DNA of 64,000 nucleotides from Patescibacteria group bacterium (lineage in GTDB: Bacteria > Patescibacteriota > Patescibacteriia > UBA9934). The DNA lies in the NCBI GenBank assembly GCA_049296775.1, contig JBAQTB010000001.1, positions 31,491 through 95,490 of the forward strand, read 5' to 3'. The notes under the pieces were generated by a model that worked only from the letters and a program-made list of their open reading frames with translations, had not been told where the DNA came from and did no database searches. The position numbers and the translations under genes were made by a program. Shown one piece after another: positions 29,651 to 38,993 of the stretch (its first letter is position 1; every line of letters starts with the position of its first letter).

Positions 29651-30046
29651 ATGCTCAACCTGCTACTGGTCTTTAGTGCCATGGCACAAGAGACGGACAT
29701 CGCCGCCGTACCCGCACCGGATGAGTTGCGCTGTCAGCTCATCATCACGAGGGACTTCCTGGCGCTTCAGCGCCAGCTAGAGCTGCAAGTCATCGAGCAA
29801 TTGATGCTCGCCGACCCGCTCAATCGCCGGCAACGCAAAGCCGTCAAAGCGGGATTGGAAACGGCCATAGCTAGCGTGGCCCACACTGATCAGCAAAGCA
29901 CTACCGTCATCGGGCGCCTGGCAGCCCTAGAAACGGAGTTCTACCTAGCTAACCCGAGCCTGGAACTGAGGCCACTCTCGCTCCATGTCTGCATCAACGC
30001 AATTCCGTCGGACGAGCCCCAGGGTCTCGTTCTTGATAGAAGCTGA
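29651..30046 (+). CDS. Hypothetical protein in the GC-rich island.
   Basis: 131 aa, roughly 60 % GC with GC-rich codons. No motifs recognised. Confidence 0.4.
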   Translation: MLNLLLVFSAMAQETDIAAVPAPDELRCQLIITRDFLALQRQLELQVIEQLMLADPLNRRQRKAVKAGLETAIASVAHTDQQSTTVIGRLAALETEFYLANPSLELRPLSLHVCINAIPSDEPQGLVLDRS

Positions 30047-30163
30047 AAGTGCAGCACATAGCTCAGCCCCGCCACCAACACCTCGTGTTGCGTCTCGCGG
30101 GGCTATTTTAATCAGAAAACTCCCGCCGTCGCCGTATGCGACTACGCGGGAGCCAAGAGCTCA

Positions 30164-31189
30164 TTACAGCCAGGTCGAAATCTTGCCGGCGCGCTTAAGA
30201 GCATTATTCAGATCAAGTCTAGCCGTATGCACGGCCTGACCAATCGTCCCCGTCTTTGGATACAGTAACCCACGGGAGGAGTTAACTGTGATCCCGAACC
30301 CATGAATGTCGGCCGCTAAAACCGCGCTGTCAGAGCCACTACCTTGCACTCCGTAACCAGGCACCAAGAACCAGGTCTGCGGCATCAACTGACGCGCGAT
30401 GACCGACTCTTCGGAAGTGGCGCCGACCACTGCCCCCAGGTTAGACCAGCCACAAGCCCCTAGGGCGGACTGACCCAACTTCTCAATCTCGATTGCGACG
30501 TGTTGCCAATGCGGGCGCGTGCCATGGTCCAAAATCCATTCAAACGCACTCGGTAACGGTTTGCCGCCCCTGTGCAGATCAGTCCTGTTCAGATCCTTCA
30601 GCACCGCCTCTCGATCGAGGACAGGCAACTGCTCAAACGCAGAAACCGGCTTGAAGCTAGTCCGGCACACCGCGAAAGCCGCCTTGTTGTTGGCCTGCAA
30701 TTGCGCCATAAACGGCTCAAGACAAGATTGTCCAATGGACGGGTTGATCGTCAAGGCGTCGTACACAGACTGAGCTCCGAGGTACGCCTGAGCGTAGGCC
30801 TGGGCGCTATCGCCGCCGTCACTACACTTAGCATCCAAGATCACAATCAGCCCTTGCTTCCTGGCGTAATGCGCAACATCTTCAAGTGCCGCAAAACCCC
30901 ACGGGCCGTGCTTGCCCCAAAAGGCCCACTGGAGCTTGCACCAAACCACCTCATCACCCGCCTCATCGATGGCGCGTTTACAGAAGTCACGACAGATCTT
31001 AGCCAGACCCTCGCGATCCTCAAACGGGTAGTCATCGTCAGGTACGATCTTGACCCCGTAATATTTGAAGAACTCAGGCGCTGCCTGCGCAATCATCGCC
31101 GTCTGAGGATCCAGACCCAAGCATAAAATACTTTGGCGCGCTGCAACCCCCATGCACGATCGGTCAGTAAACTTAGCATCGCTCTCCAT
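30164..31189 (-). CDS. pyrF: Orotidine-5'-phosphate decarboxylase, type 2 family (orphan).
   Basis: 341 aa. The type-2 ODCase motifs ILCLGLDP, CKLQWAFW (KxQxAFF), DAKCSD (the DxKxxD catalytic triad, with Arg replaced by Cys), AVVGATS and FLVPGYGVQGSG. GC is about 57 %. It has its own hairpin terminator at 30112..30150 on the minus strand. Confidence 0.65.
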   Translation of the reverse strand: MESDAKFTDRSCMGVAARQSILCLGLDPQTAMIAQAAPEFFKYYGVKIVPDDDYPFEDREGLAKICRDFCKRAIDEAGDEVVWCKLQWAFWGKHGPWGFAALEDVAHYARKQGLIVILDAKCSDGGDSAQAYAQAYLGAQSVYDALTINPSIGQSCLEPFMAQLQANNKAAFAVCRTSFKPVSAFEQLPVLDREAVLKDLNRTDLHRGGKPLPSAFEWILDHGTRPHWQHVAIEIEKLGQSALGACGWSNLGAVVGATSEESVIARQLMPQTWFLVPGYGVQGSGSDSAVLAADIHGFGITVNSSRGLLYPKTGTIGQAVHTARLDLNNALKRAGKISTWL

Positions 31190-31276
31190 CTGCCCTCCTG
31201 AAGTTGAACCTAACGCCGCAAAACTATAGTCAAAAATAAAATAAGCTGCAACTAGTGCGGCTTATTTTGCTAGGGT

Positions 31277-31549
31277 TTAATTATTACGATCTCTGGAGCG
31301 CATGGCCTCCATGATTTTGCGCACACCGTCAGCGATGCTACTAACCATGGTGATATTGCCATCAAATTTACGCTTCATGCTCATAATCGCATCCTCTAGG
31401 GCGACGACTTTGAGTTTGATCTCATCGACCAGCCCATACACGTGCTTCAATAAGCTCGCGGCTTGATACATGAGCAGACACAAAAATGACGTAAACCACA
31501 CAGCGCAAAGCGCCAGGACGATAAAGAGAACATCTTGAGTAGCTACCAT
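31277..31549 (-). CDS. Hypothetical small membrane protein.
   Basis: 90 aa with an N-terminal TM helix (VLFIVLALCAVWFTSFLCLLMY) and a helical C-terminus. Confidence 0.4.
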   Translation of the reverse strand: MVATQDVLFIVLALCAVWFTSFLCLLMYQAASLLKHVYGLVDEIKLKVVALEDAIMSMKRKFDGNITMVSSIADGVRKIMEAMRSRDRNN

Positions 31550-31565
31550 ATGACCTCAGTATACC

Positions 31566-33956
31566 TTAACTCCGCAAAACGGCACCAAACTTACCGGTCA
31601 AAGTATGCCCAATGGTTAACATAATCTCTTCGACCTCCTCGCTCGTCAAAGTGCGCTCCGGTGAGGCGAAAGTCATGGACAACGTCACACTCTTCTTGCC
31701 CTCTTCAACGCCCTTGCCTCGATAAATATCAACCAACTGCACAGCACGTACTAAAATGTTTTGCGATTTAATCACGCTCTCTAGATCAACAAACTGCGTT
31801 CTGTCAGACACGACACAAGACAGATCTCGCGTCACAATTGGGAACTCTGAAACGGGTGTATAGGCTAAAGTCTGACGCAAATGTGGCAACAAGCGCTCAA
31901 GGTCTAAGTCCAGTACAAACACCGGACGAATGATGCCAAAGGCGCGCTGATAAGCATCCGCCACCTGACCGATACTGCCAACTACGACATTCACACCATC
32001 AAGCATGGCGCTCACAGTCACACTACGAACCGGATGCCAGTGCGAATCAGCAACTTCACCGGCCACCTGGACTGTCATGCCAGTCTTACGCGCAAACAGC
32101 TCCAACACTCCGCGCAACTGACGATACGCTAACTCAGGCTCGTCGCAACCATATTCCGCGACCACCAAACGGAAAGTCTCACTCGGCAAACCACTAGCTT
32201 GAGGCAGATGCACGCGTGCAACTTCAAACACCTTGGCCGCTGGCATGTTCGCCTGGTTACGTTCGATATCGCGCAACAAACTCGGCAACAAACTCGGACG
32301 CAAATGCGACAGATCTTCAGCTAACGGATTATGGAGCTTAACAGCATCCAAAGGTGACAAGCCAAATTTTTCCAGCGACTTAACGTCAATGAACGAATAA
32401 CCGAAAAATTCCGTATACCCAACACTCGCTAAGAAGTTTTTCGTCCACGCTTCCCACACCAAACCAGCGTCATCCGCCAAAGTTGGTGGTGGAGCACTCG
32501 GTAAAGTCAACGGCAACATGTGGTAACCGTACATTCTAGCCACCTCCTCAGTTAAATCAACCTCTGCTTCAAGATCATGCTCACGCCAGTACGGCACGGT
32601 AGCCACCGTGCGGGCACCAACTTGGCTTAAAGCAAAACCTAAGCGTGTCAAAATGGCACAAATCTCAGCATCCGCAATCTCGACACCAATTCTGGCACGG
32701 ATACGCTTAAATAAAACTGGGAAAGTTTTAACTTTAGACGTTTTCGCCTCAATATCTGTTATTCCTACCAGCTCTCCCCCAGCTAAGTCTTTCACCAACT
32801 CTAGGGCGCGAGCTAACGCCAGCGGCAAAGCTTGCGTAGACAAGCCCTTTTCAAAGAGCAACTGCGAATCAGAATACAAATTAAGTTCTCGCGCCGTTCT
32901 CCGAATAGACACAGCCTCAAAAGTGGCGGCTTCAAAAATTACTGTCGTTGTAGCAGTAGTAGTGCCGGAGTCTAGACCACCCATCACGCCAGCCACCGCC
33001 AACACGCACTCCGTATCAGCGATCACTAATTGCTTAGTGGATAAGGTGTAATCCTTGCCGTCTAAAGCTAAGAATTTTTCTCCCTTCTTAGCCAACCTAA
33101 CCGTGATACCGGTCTTGATTTGATCAGCGTCAAAAGCATGCAGTGGCTGACCGTACTCATGCAGCACGTAATTAGTGATATCGACAATGTTGTTGATTGG
33201 TCTGTGGCCAGCCTCCAACAAACGCTTCTGTAGCCACCAAGGTGATGGACCAACAGTGACATTTTTAACCGTAGCCGCTAAGTATCTTGGGCATAATTTC
33301 TGAGCCTCAATCACGACACTCGGTCCAGCCTGACCAACTGGTAACGACAATTCTGGTACCGTAAACTCAGCGTTTAATGACGCCGCAACTTCACGCGCCA
33401 AACCAACCATACCCATACAGTCTGGGCGGTTGGTAGTCACCTCGATATCCAAGATTGCTTCATCTAACGCTAACGCCTTCATTATTGGCGTGCCGGCAGA
33501 GGCCGTGGTAAGAGCTGTTAAATCCCAAATCTCATGCTCGCCCACTGCAACTTTTTCAAAACCAACTTCAGCCGGGGCACAGATCATGCCCACGCTTTTA
33601 ACCCCCCGAATCTCAGTCTCTTGCAATTCCACCAAATCACCCTCACCGTGCCACTTAACTTTAGAGCCCGGCAAGGCGACAAAAACTTTCTGACCAATCT
33701 CGAGATTTGAACCGCCACACACAATCTCAACCACCTTATCACCCACATCCGTCACGGCGATCCGCAATTTATCCGCTTTAGGATGAGCCTTGACCTCCTG
33801 TATTATCCCAACCACCATGCCGGCAAATTTTTCACTGCCTAACTCAATCGCTTCCACAGACATGGAACGCAAACTGAACTCACGCGCCAGATCCTCTGGA
33901 GCTAAATCTGTTTTTACGTAATCTTTCAGCCACGTGTAACTTGCAAGGATATTCAT
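31566..33956 (-). CDS. pheT: Phenylalanine--tRNA ligase beta subunit.
   Basis: 796 aa with an N-terminal tRNA-binding OB domain (MVVGIIQEVKAHPKADKLRIAVTDVG) and the B3/B4, B5 and C-terminal domains. Confidence 0.95.
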   Translation of the reverse strand: MNILASYTWLKDYVKTDLAPEDLAREFSLRSMSVEAIELGSEKFAGMVVGIIQEVKAHPKADKLRIAVTDVGDKVVEIVCGGSNLEIGQKVFVALPGSKVKWHGEGDLVELQETEIRGVKSVGMICAPAEVGFEKVAVGEHEIWDLTALTTASAGTPIMKALALDEAILDIEVTTNRPDCMGMVGLAREVAASLNAEFTVPELSLPVGQAGPSVVIEAQKLCPRYLAATVKNVTVGPSPWWLQKRLLEAGHRPINNIVDITNYVLHEYGQPLHAFDADQIKTGITVRLAKKGEKFLALDGKDYTLSTKQLVIADTECVLAVAGVMGGLDSGTTTATTTVIFEAATFEAVSIRRTARELNLYSDSQLLFEKGLSTQALPLALARALELVKDLAGGELVGITDIEAKTSKVKTFPVLFKRIRARIGVEIADAEICAILTRLGFALSQVGARTVATVPYWREHDLEAEVDLTEEVARMYGYHMLPLTLPSAPPPTLADDAGLVWEAWTKNFLASVGYTEFFGYSFIDVKSLEKFGLSPLDAVKLHNPLAEDLSHLRPSLLPSLLRDIERNQANMPAAKVFEVARVHLPQASGLPSETFRLVVAEYGCDEPELAYRQLRGVLELFARKTGMTVQVAGEVADSHWHPVRSVTVSAMLDGVNVVVGSIGQVADAYQRAFGIIRPVFVLDLDLERLLPHLRQTLAYTPVSEFPIVTRDLSCVVSDRTQFVDLESVIKSQNILVRAVQLVDIYRGKGVEEGKKSVTLSMTFASPERTLTSEEVEEIMLTIGHTLTGKFGAVLRS

Positions 33957-33968
33957 ACAACTACTTAA

Positions 33969-35057
33969 CTAAAACTGCTTCAGGAATCTCAGGTCGTTGC
34001 GATACAAGATGCGAATATCATCAATGTTCACCCCAGCGCGCATCATAGCCGTACGCTCCACGCCCCAGCCAAAGGCAAAGCCGGTGTACGTCTTAGCATC
34101 AACACCCCCAGCTTTAAGGACATTCGGATGGACCATACCGGCACCACCCAACTCCAACCAACCCGCCTTACACAACTTACACTTGGTACGTCCTGTTTTA
34201 GTTTCAGAGGCTGACACAAAACCCGTACCCGCACACACTTCACAAGAAATATCTAACTCAAAACTAGGTTCAGTAAATCTAAAATGATACGGCCGTAAAC
34301 GAGTTTGACGCTCGGGTCCAAAGAAATTCTTAACAAAATAATCGATCACGCCCTTCAGATCCGTAATCGTCACCTGCTTATCTAACATCAAACCATCAAA
34401 TTGGTGAAACATTGGCAAGTGTCTAGCGCTCGCTTGGCGGCGATAACATTTTCCAATGTTAATCATCCTAATTGGCAAGATACCCTTCTGCATTTCACGC
34501 ACCTGAGCATTACTGGTGTGTGGTGTCAACACCACTTTGCCAAACTCCCCGGTCTGTACCTTGTCACCATCAGCCACAAAAAAAGTTTCCCAATCATCCC
34601 GAGCTGGGTGATCCTTGGGCATGTTCAAAGACTCGAAAGCGTAATAATCCCAATCAACATCTGGATGACGTTGGCGATTAAATCCTAATTTAGAAAAGAT
34701 CGCCATGATGTCTGTGATCGCTTGAGAAGTAATATGTGTATGTCCAAGCCCTGGAGCAATGCCCGGCAAAGTCATATCCATCCAAGCTTTCTCAGCATTC
34801 ACAGCTGCAAACGCGCCTTCAATTCTAGCTTGAGCCGCCGCAAACGCACCTTCAATAGTCACTTTGACTTCATTAGCGGTTTGCCCCGCTAAACGTCTAT
34901 CTTCATGAGCTAAAGATGGCAACACTGACATGATCTCAGCTAGCTGGCCTTTTCTGCCCAAAAAAGCGACTCGTCCAGCTTCTAAATCCTCCAAGGTCTC
35001 CGCTACCGCAAAAGCTGCCAGTGCGTCGGTTGCGAGCTGTTTAAGTTGTTCGAGCAT
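33969..35057 (-). CDS. pheS: Phenylalanine--tRNA ligase alpha subunit.
   Basis: 362 aa with class II motifs (FRFTEPSFEL, GWGVERTAMM) and a Cys cluster (CEVCAGTG...CKLC). Confidence 0.95.
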   Translation of the reverse strand: MLEQLKQLATDALAAFAVAETLEDLEAGRVAFLGRKGQLAEIMSVLPSLAHEDRRLAGQTANEVKVTIEGAFAAAQARIEGAFAAVNAEKAWMDMTLPGIAPGLGHTHITSQAITDIMAIFSKLGFNRQRHPDVDWDYYAFESLNMPKDHPARDDWETFFVADGDKVQTGEFGKVVLTPHTSNAQVREMQKGILPIRMINIGKCYRRQASARHLPMFHQFDGLMLDKQVTITDLKGVIDYFVKNFFGPERQTRLRPYHFRFTEPSFELDISCEVCAGTGFVSASETKTGRTKCKLCKAGWLELGGAGMVHPNVLKAGGVDAKTYTGFAFGWGVERTAMMRAGVNIDDIRILYRNDLRFLKQF

Positions 35058-35075
35058 ACAAATAACCGCTAAAGC

Positions 35076-36182
35076 CTAAAACAGATTAACGATATCGCGA
35101 TACGTGACAAATACCACAAGTAGGATCAACAAGGCAAAACCTGTAGCGTGTACCCCTTGCTCAAACGCCTGGCTATTCGGCTTACGGCGGATAGCCTCAA
35201 TGATCAAGAAGAAGATCCGGCCACCGTCCAAAGCCGGGAATGGGAGAATGTTTAACACCGCCAAGTTAACCGACAGCATGGCTGCAAACTGCACCAAGTG
35301 AGCCAGGCCCAAGTCCGCCACCTGACCCGTCAAAACTGCAATGCCAACCGGGCCAGATAACTGAGCCGCGACATTTGAGTCCTTAGTGAAGGCTCCCTTA
35401 ATTAAACCGCCAAAAGCCTCAAAGATCTGAATGGTCATGCCCGCCGTCGTTTCCACGCCCTTGATAGGCGCAAAATACACGGGATACTTCACCTTACCCG
35501 TCTCTACCAGCGCCAAACCAACTCCATCTCGATCAATATCTTTCACGTACGCCGGCACCATTTTCACAGTGCGTTGCTCGCCCTGATGCTCAATCACAAA
35601 TTCAATCGGAGCCCCATCAGCATTAGGTCTTAATGCCTCCCGAGCAGCTTCACCACTCTCAAATGACTCACCGTCGATCATGATGACTTTATCGCCGCTC
35701 ATGACTCCAGCTTGCTCGGCCGGAGAGTCGCCCAACACCTGCACCACATGGATAGCTCGGTCCGAAACAATCGCTCGACCATCCACACCATCCTCAATGA
35801 CAGACGGCAGGCCAAACAAAAAGCCCACGGAGAACAAAACCGCCGCCACGACCAAGTTCATGAAGACACCACCAAACAGAACGGTAAATCTAGCCAAGAA
35901 ACTTTTAGTCGCAAAACTCCCCGGAGCAAAGCGTTGCTCGCCCGTCTCCCCCTGAATCCGCACAAAACCACCTAACGGAATCAGGTTTATAGACCAAACC
36001 GTGCCCTTGCTACTCGTCCAAGAAAATAACCGCGGTGGAAAACCAATCCCAAATTCTTCGACCACCATCCCGGTACGCCGTGCCGCCGCAAAATGTCCCC
36101 ACTCATGGGCTAAAACCAAAACGGACAACAAGACCAAGAACAAAATAATCGTGCCAATCATACAGCCAACAGTGTAACTCAT
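35076..36182 (-). CDS. rseP: Site-2 protease (RseP/M50 family zinc metalloprotease).
   Basis: HEWGHF (HExxH) in the first TM helix, a PDZ domain and an LDGG motif. Confidence 0.85.
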   Translation of the reverse strand: MSYTVGCMIGTIILFLVLLSVLVLAHEWGHFAAARRTGMVVEEFGIGFPPRLFSWTSSKGTVWSINLIPLGGFVRIQGETGEQRFAPGSFATKSFLARFTVLFGGVFMNLVVAAVLFSVGFLFGLPSVIEDGVDGRAIVSDRAIHVVQVLGDSPAEQAGVMSGDKVIMIDGESFESGEAAREALRPNADGAPIEFVIEHQGEQRTVKMVPAYVKDIDRDGVGLALVETGKVKYPVYFAPIKGVETTAGMTIQIFEAFGGLIKGAFTKDSNVAAQLSGPVGIAVLTGQVADLGLAHLVQFAAMLSVNLAVLNILPFPALDGGRIFFLIIEAIRRKPNSQAFEQGVHATGFALLILLVVFVTYRDIVNLF

Positions 36183-36226
36183 CCGGAAGCCAAAGAAAAG
36201 TATGGCCGGGAACAGGATTGAATCCT

Positions 36227-36302
36227 TGGTGGACTCGATCGGAATCGAACCGACATCTTCAAGGTGACGAACCTGCTAGGTTACCATTAACCCCACGAGC
36301 CC
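36227..36302 (-). tRNA. tRNA-Thr(CGU) candidate with a non-canonical anticodon stem.
   Basis: 76 nt with an encoded CCA. It has a canonical acceptor stem (one G-U), a D-arm with G18G19, a GTTCGATTC T-loop and U33. Anticodon loop UUCGUCA gives anticodon CGU. In my reading positions 27-43 and 28-42 are mismatched (G.G, C.U) and position 37 is C. Confidence 0.5.
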
Positions 36303-36463
36303 GCATGTTCCCGGCATAAAAATAAATACAAACTCCGCCAAATAAATGGGGAGTCTATATTTACGTCACCTTGTGTGGGGGTTTAATCCCAGCAGGTTAC
36401 TAACAGTGCATCACGAAGCTAAGAAGTCGTCAAGCGACTATCCACCGATTACTCGCCGCAAAG

Positions 36464-37945
36464 TTACCCAGCAATAATCCTAGCCGCTTCGTCGCGTTTA
36501 TTTTGCATGGTTTGCTCATCAATCGCCTCTAAATTCAAACGCAACACCGGCTCCGTATTGGAGGTGCGGACGTTGAACCAGAAAGTTGGATAAGTTATTA
36601 ACAAACCATCAAGAGTTGATTGTTCGCCATCAGCAAAGTGAGATTTAAGACGAGCTACAGCTCCGAGTTTATCTTCGACTTTGAAATTGATCTCGCCGGA
36701 GTGTGAGTATCTGCGCAAAGGGGCGACGATTTCGGATAACTTCTTGCCTTCACGCGCCATTTCGCCTAACACCACCAGCATGGTGGCGACCGGAGCTTCA
36801 TACACGCCAGCCGGCATACTCATATAGAAGTGTCCAGATGATTCGCCGGCGAACACTGCACCAGACTTGATCATGGCCTCTTTAATAAGCGCATGACCAA
36901 CTCGGGTGACCTGTGGGATTCCGCCCGCCTCACGAATCATATCTTCAGTAATCTTGCCCGGACGAATGTCATAACAAATCGTCGCGCCCGGAAAGCGTCG
37001 CAACATAGCTCTAGCTACCAAACCCCGCACAATGGCCGGGTCTACCACCTCCCCTAGGTCATCTACAAAGAAAATTCTGTCACCATCGCCATCCGTAGTG
37101 ATACCGATATCAGCTCCAAGTTCTTTCACCTTGTGGCAGATGGCTTCTGTGTTTTCAGCTTTGAACGGATCGGCTTCGTGGTTTGGAAAGGTACCGTCAA
37201 AGTCCCAGAACAGGCGAGTGACGTCTGTGCCGACCCCCCTTTCTCCCCCCTGGCCCGTCGCTTCTGCACCCACCCCCCCTATCCCCCCGCCATTTGCTTC
37301 GGTGCTAACCCCCCTTTCTCCCCCCTTATACAAGGGGGGAAGTGAGAATGCGAGGTCAAGGTATTGGGCGCCCATGCCGTTGGCGGAATCAGCCACGATT
37401 TTAAATTGAGGTAAATCTGTAATTTCAGCAAAGGCAATTTCGGCGGCGACCTGCTTGGCGGGAATACCCGGCCAATCAGAGACAGAATGCGGCCGATCCG
37501 GGGCGAGAGAGATGACATCGAAATCATCATTGGCCATGATATCGGCGATGGCTTGGATGCCGGTCTCGCCACTGATTGCGACAGCACGAGCACGCACTAA
37601 TTTGAAACCGTTGTAGGCGGCGGGGTTGTGTGAGGCGGAAACTTGAATACCGCCGTCAGCGTTAACGTGACTGACACCAAAATAAAAACCTGGGGTCGAC
37701 AATAGCCCCATGCGAATGACCTGAGCACCGGCCGCAACCAAACCCTTGACGAGTTCGGCTTCATAAGGAATGGAACTTGGGCGCATGTCATAGCCGACTG
37801 CAATAACCGGCGTCTCCTTGCCGATTTCGCGACGAATAAACGTCGCAAAAGCCCTGCCCAAACCGTAAGCAAATTCAGGCGTGATATCCGTATCCACCAA
37901 CCCGCGAATATCGTAAGTTTTAAAAATGTGACGCGGAATAGTCAT
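36464..37945 (-). CDS. Phosphohexomutase (PGM/PMM family) with an in-frame Gly-rich insertion.
   Basis: Active-site Ser in VSASHNPAAYNGFK, metal loop DGDGDR and the FPNHEADP motif. A 36 aa insertion (PPLYKGGERGVSTEANGGGIGGVGAEATGQGGERGVGT) is encoded by repeat DNA at 37232..37340. Confidence 0.85.
   Translation of the reverse strand: MTIPRHIFKTYDIRGLVDTDITPEFAYGLGRAFATFIRREIGKETPVIAVGYDMRPSSIPYEAELVKGLVAAGAQVIRMGLLSTPGFYFGVSHVNADGGIQVSASHNPAAYNGFKLVRARAVAISGETGIQAIADIMANDDFDVISLAPDRPHSVSDWPGIPAKQVAAEIAFAEITDLPQFKIVADSANGMGAQYLDLAFSLPPLYKGGERGVSTEANGGGIGGVGAEATGQGGERGVGTDVTRLFWDFDGTFPNHEADPFKAENTEAICHKVKELGADIGITTDGDGDRIFFVDDLGEVVDPAIVRGLVARAMLRRFPGATICYDIRPGKITEDMIREAGGIPQVTRVGHALIKEAMIKSGAVFAGESSGHFYMSMPAGVYEAPVATMLVVLGEMAREGKKLSEIVAPLRRYSHSGEINFKVEDKLGAVARLKSHFADGEQSTLDGLLITYPTFWFNVRTSNTEPVLRLNLEAIDEQTMQNKRDEAARIIAG
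37234..37339. repeat. Direct repeat plus C/G hairpin inside the phosphohexomutase CDS.
   Basis: The 18 nt unit cccccctttctcccccct occurs twice, at 37234 and 37309, 75 nt apart and in frame. There is a perfect hairpin cccccctt-atac-aagggggg at 37320..37339. Confidence 0.6.
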
Positions 37946-37948
37946 AAA

Positions 37949-38905
37949 CTAACGCAAAGCATTATGGATTAAAATCTCAAGTAACTCGGAAAAGTCGATA
38001 CCTATAGCCGCAGCCGCCTGAGGCAACAGACTAGTCTCCGTCATGCCTGGCAACGTATTTGTCTCCAACACTATAAAGCCCTTAGAGTCCAAAATAAAGT
38101 CCGTACGTGAATATCCCGCACAACCCAACGCCCTGTGAGCCAACAAAGCCTGATCCTGCAACTGACTAGTACGCCCCGCACTTAATTTAGCCGGAGTAAT
38201 CTCAACGCATGCCCCAACAGTATATTTTGACGTGTAATCAAAAATTTTATCAGATGTCAGAATAATCTCGGTGGGCGGCAAAATGATCGTCTCATCTCCA
38301 CGCTCCAAAACACCGCAAGTAAATTCTCGACCGGCAATAAACTCCTGGAGACACACCTGTCGGTCCCACTTAAACGCCGCCTCCAGGGCCATCGGTAAAG
38401 ACTTAGCCCGCATAACTTTGGAAACGCCCACACTCGAACCGCCTGACACCGGTTTCACAATCACCGGCCACTTAACTTTAGGTAACGATTTTTTAGACTT
38501 CCAATCCTCCAAAGTCACAACCACTGACGTCGGTACACGCAAACCGTGACCCTTTAGCACATGTGCTGACACCATCTTGTCCATAGCCATAGCCGAAGCC
38601 AAGACCCCGGAACCCGTATAGGGTAAATTGATGAGATCTAGCATGGCCTGCAATTTGCCATCCTCGCCGAAAGTGCCGTGCAGCGCCAGCAGAGCGACAT
38701 CGAAATCTTGAAGACGTCTCAGGGCCTCAAGAACCTCCACCTTCTTAGTACTGTCACCAAAACGCCAAAAACCGTCTTGCCCAATTAAAATAGGCTGCAC
38801 AAGATATTTGGCCGGGGATAAATTAGCTAACATCTGTCGCCCAGTTGCTAAGGAAACCTGGTGCTCGGACCCGGGTCCGCCCATGATTACGGCAATTTTC
38901 TTCAT
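37949..38905 (-). CDS. ddl: D-alanine--D-alanine ligase.
   Basis: 318 aa with an ATP-grasp fold. IAVIMGGPGSEHQVSLATG, LHGTFGEDG and ETNTLPGMT. Confidence 0.9.
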   Translation of the reverse strand: MKKIAVIMGGPGSEHQVSLATGRQMLANLSPAKYLVQPILIGQDGFWRFGDSTKKVEVLEALRRLQDFDVALLALHGTFGEDGKLQAMLDLINLPYTGSGVLASAMAMDKMVSAHVLKGHGLRVPTSVVVTLEDWKSKKSLPKVKWPVIVKPVSGGSSVGVSKVMRAKSLPMALEAAFKWDRQVCLQEFIAGREFTCGVLERGDETIILPPTEIILTSDKIFDYTSKYTVGACVEITPAKLSAGRTSQLQDQALLAHRALGCAGYSRTDFILDSKGFIVLETNTLPGMTETSLLPQAAAAIGIDFSELLEILIHNALR

Positions 38906-38993
38906 AGACTAGCCAAAAAAGTGTCTTTATCCTTTGACATCTAGACCGGGAGAACGTACGCTTAGCTTAGCAAAGATTGTAATCTCTGTCTTT

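Noticed and set aside
37032-37593. Multiple overlapping ORFs on both strands (125, 70 and 104 aa) within the phosphohexomutase gene.
   Set aside because: They are caused by the C/G-rich low-complexity repeat, which is open in several frames. The phosphohexomutase frame carries all the family motifs.
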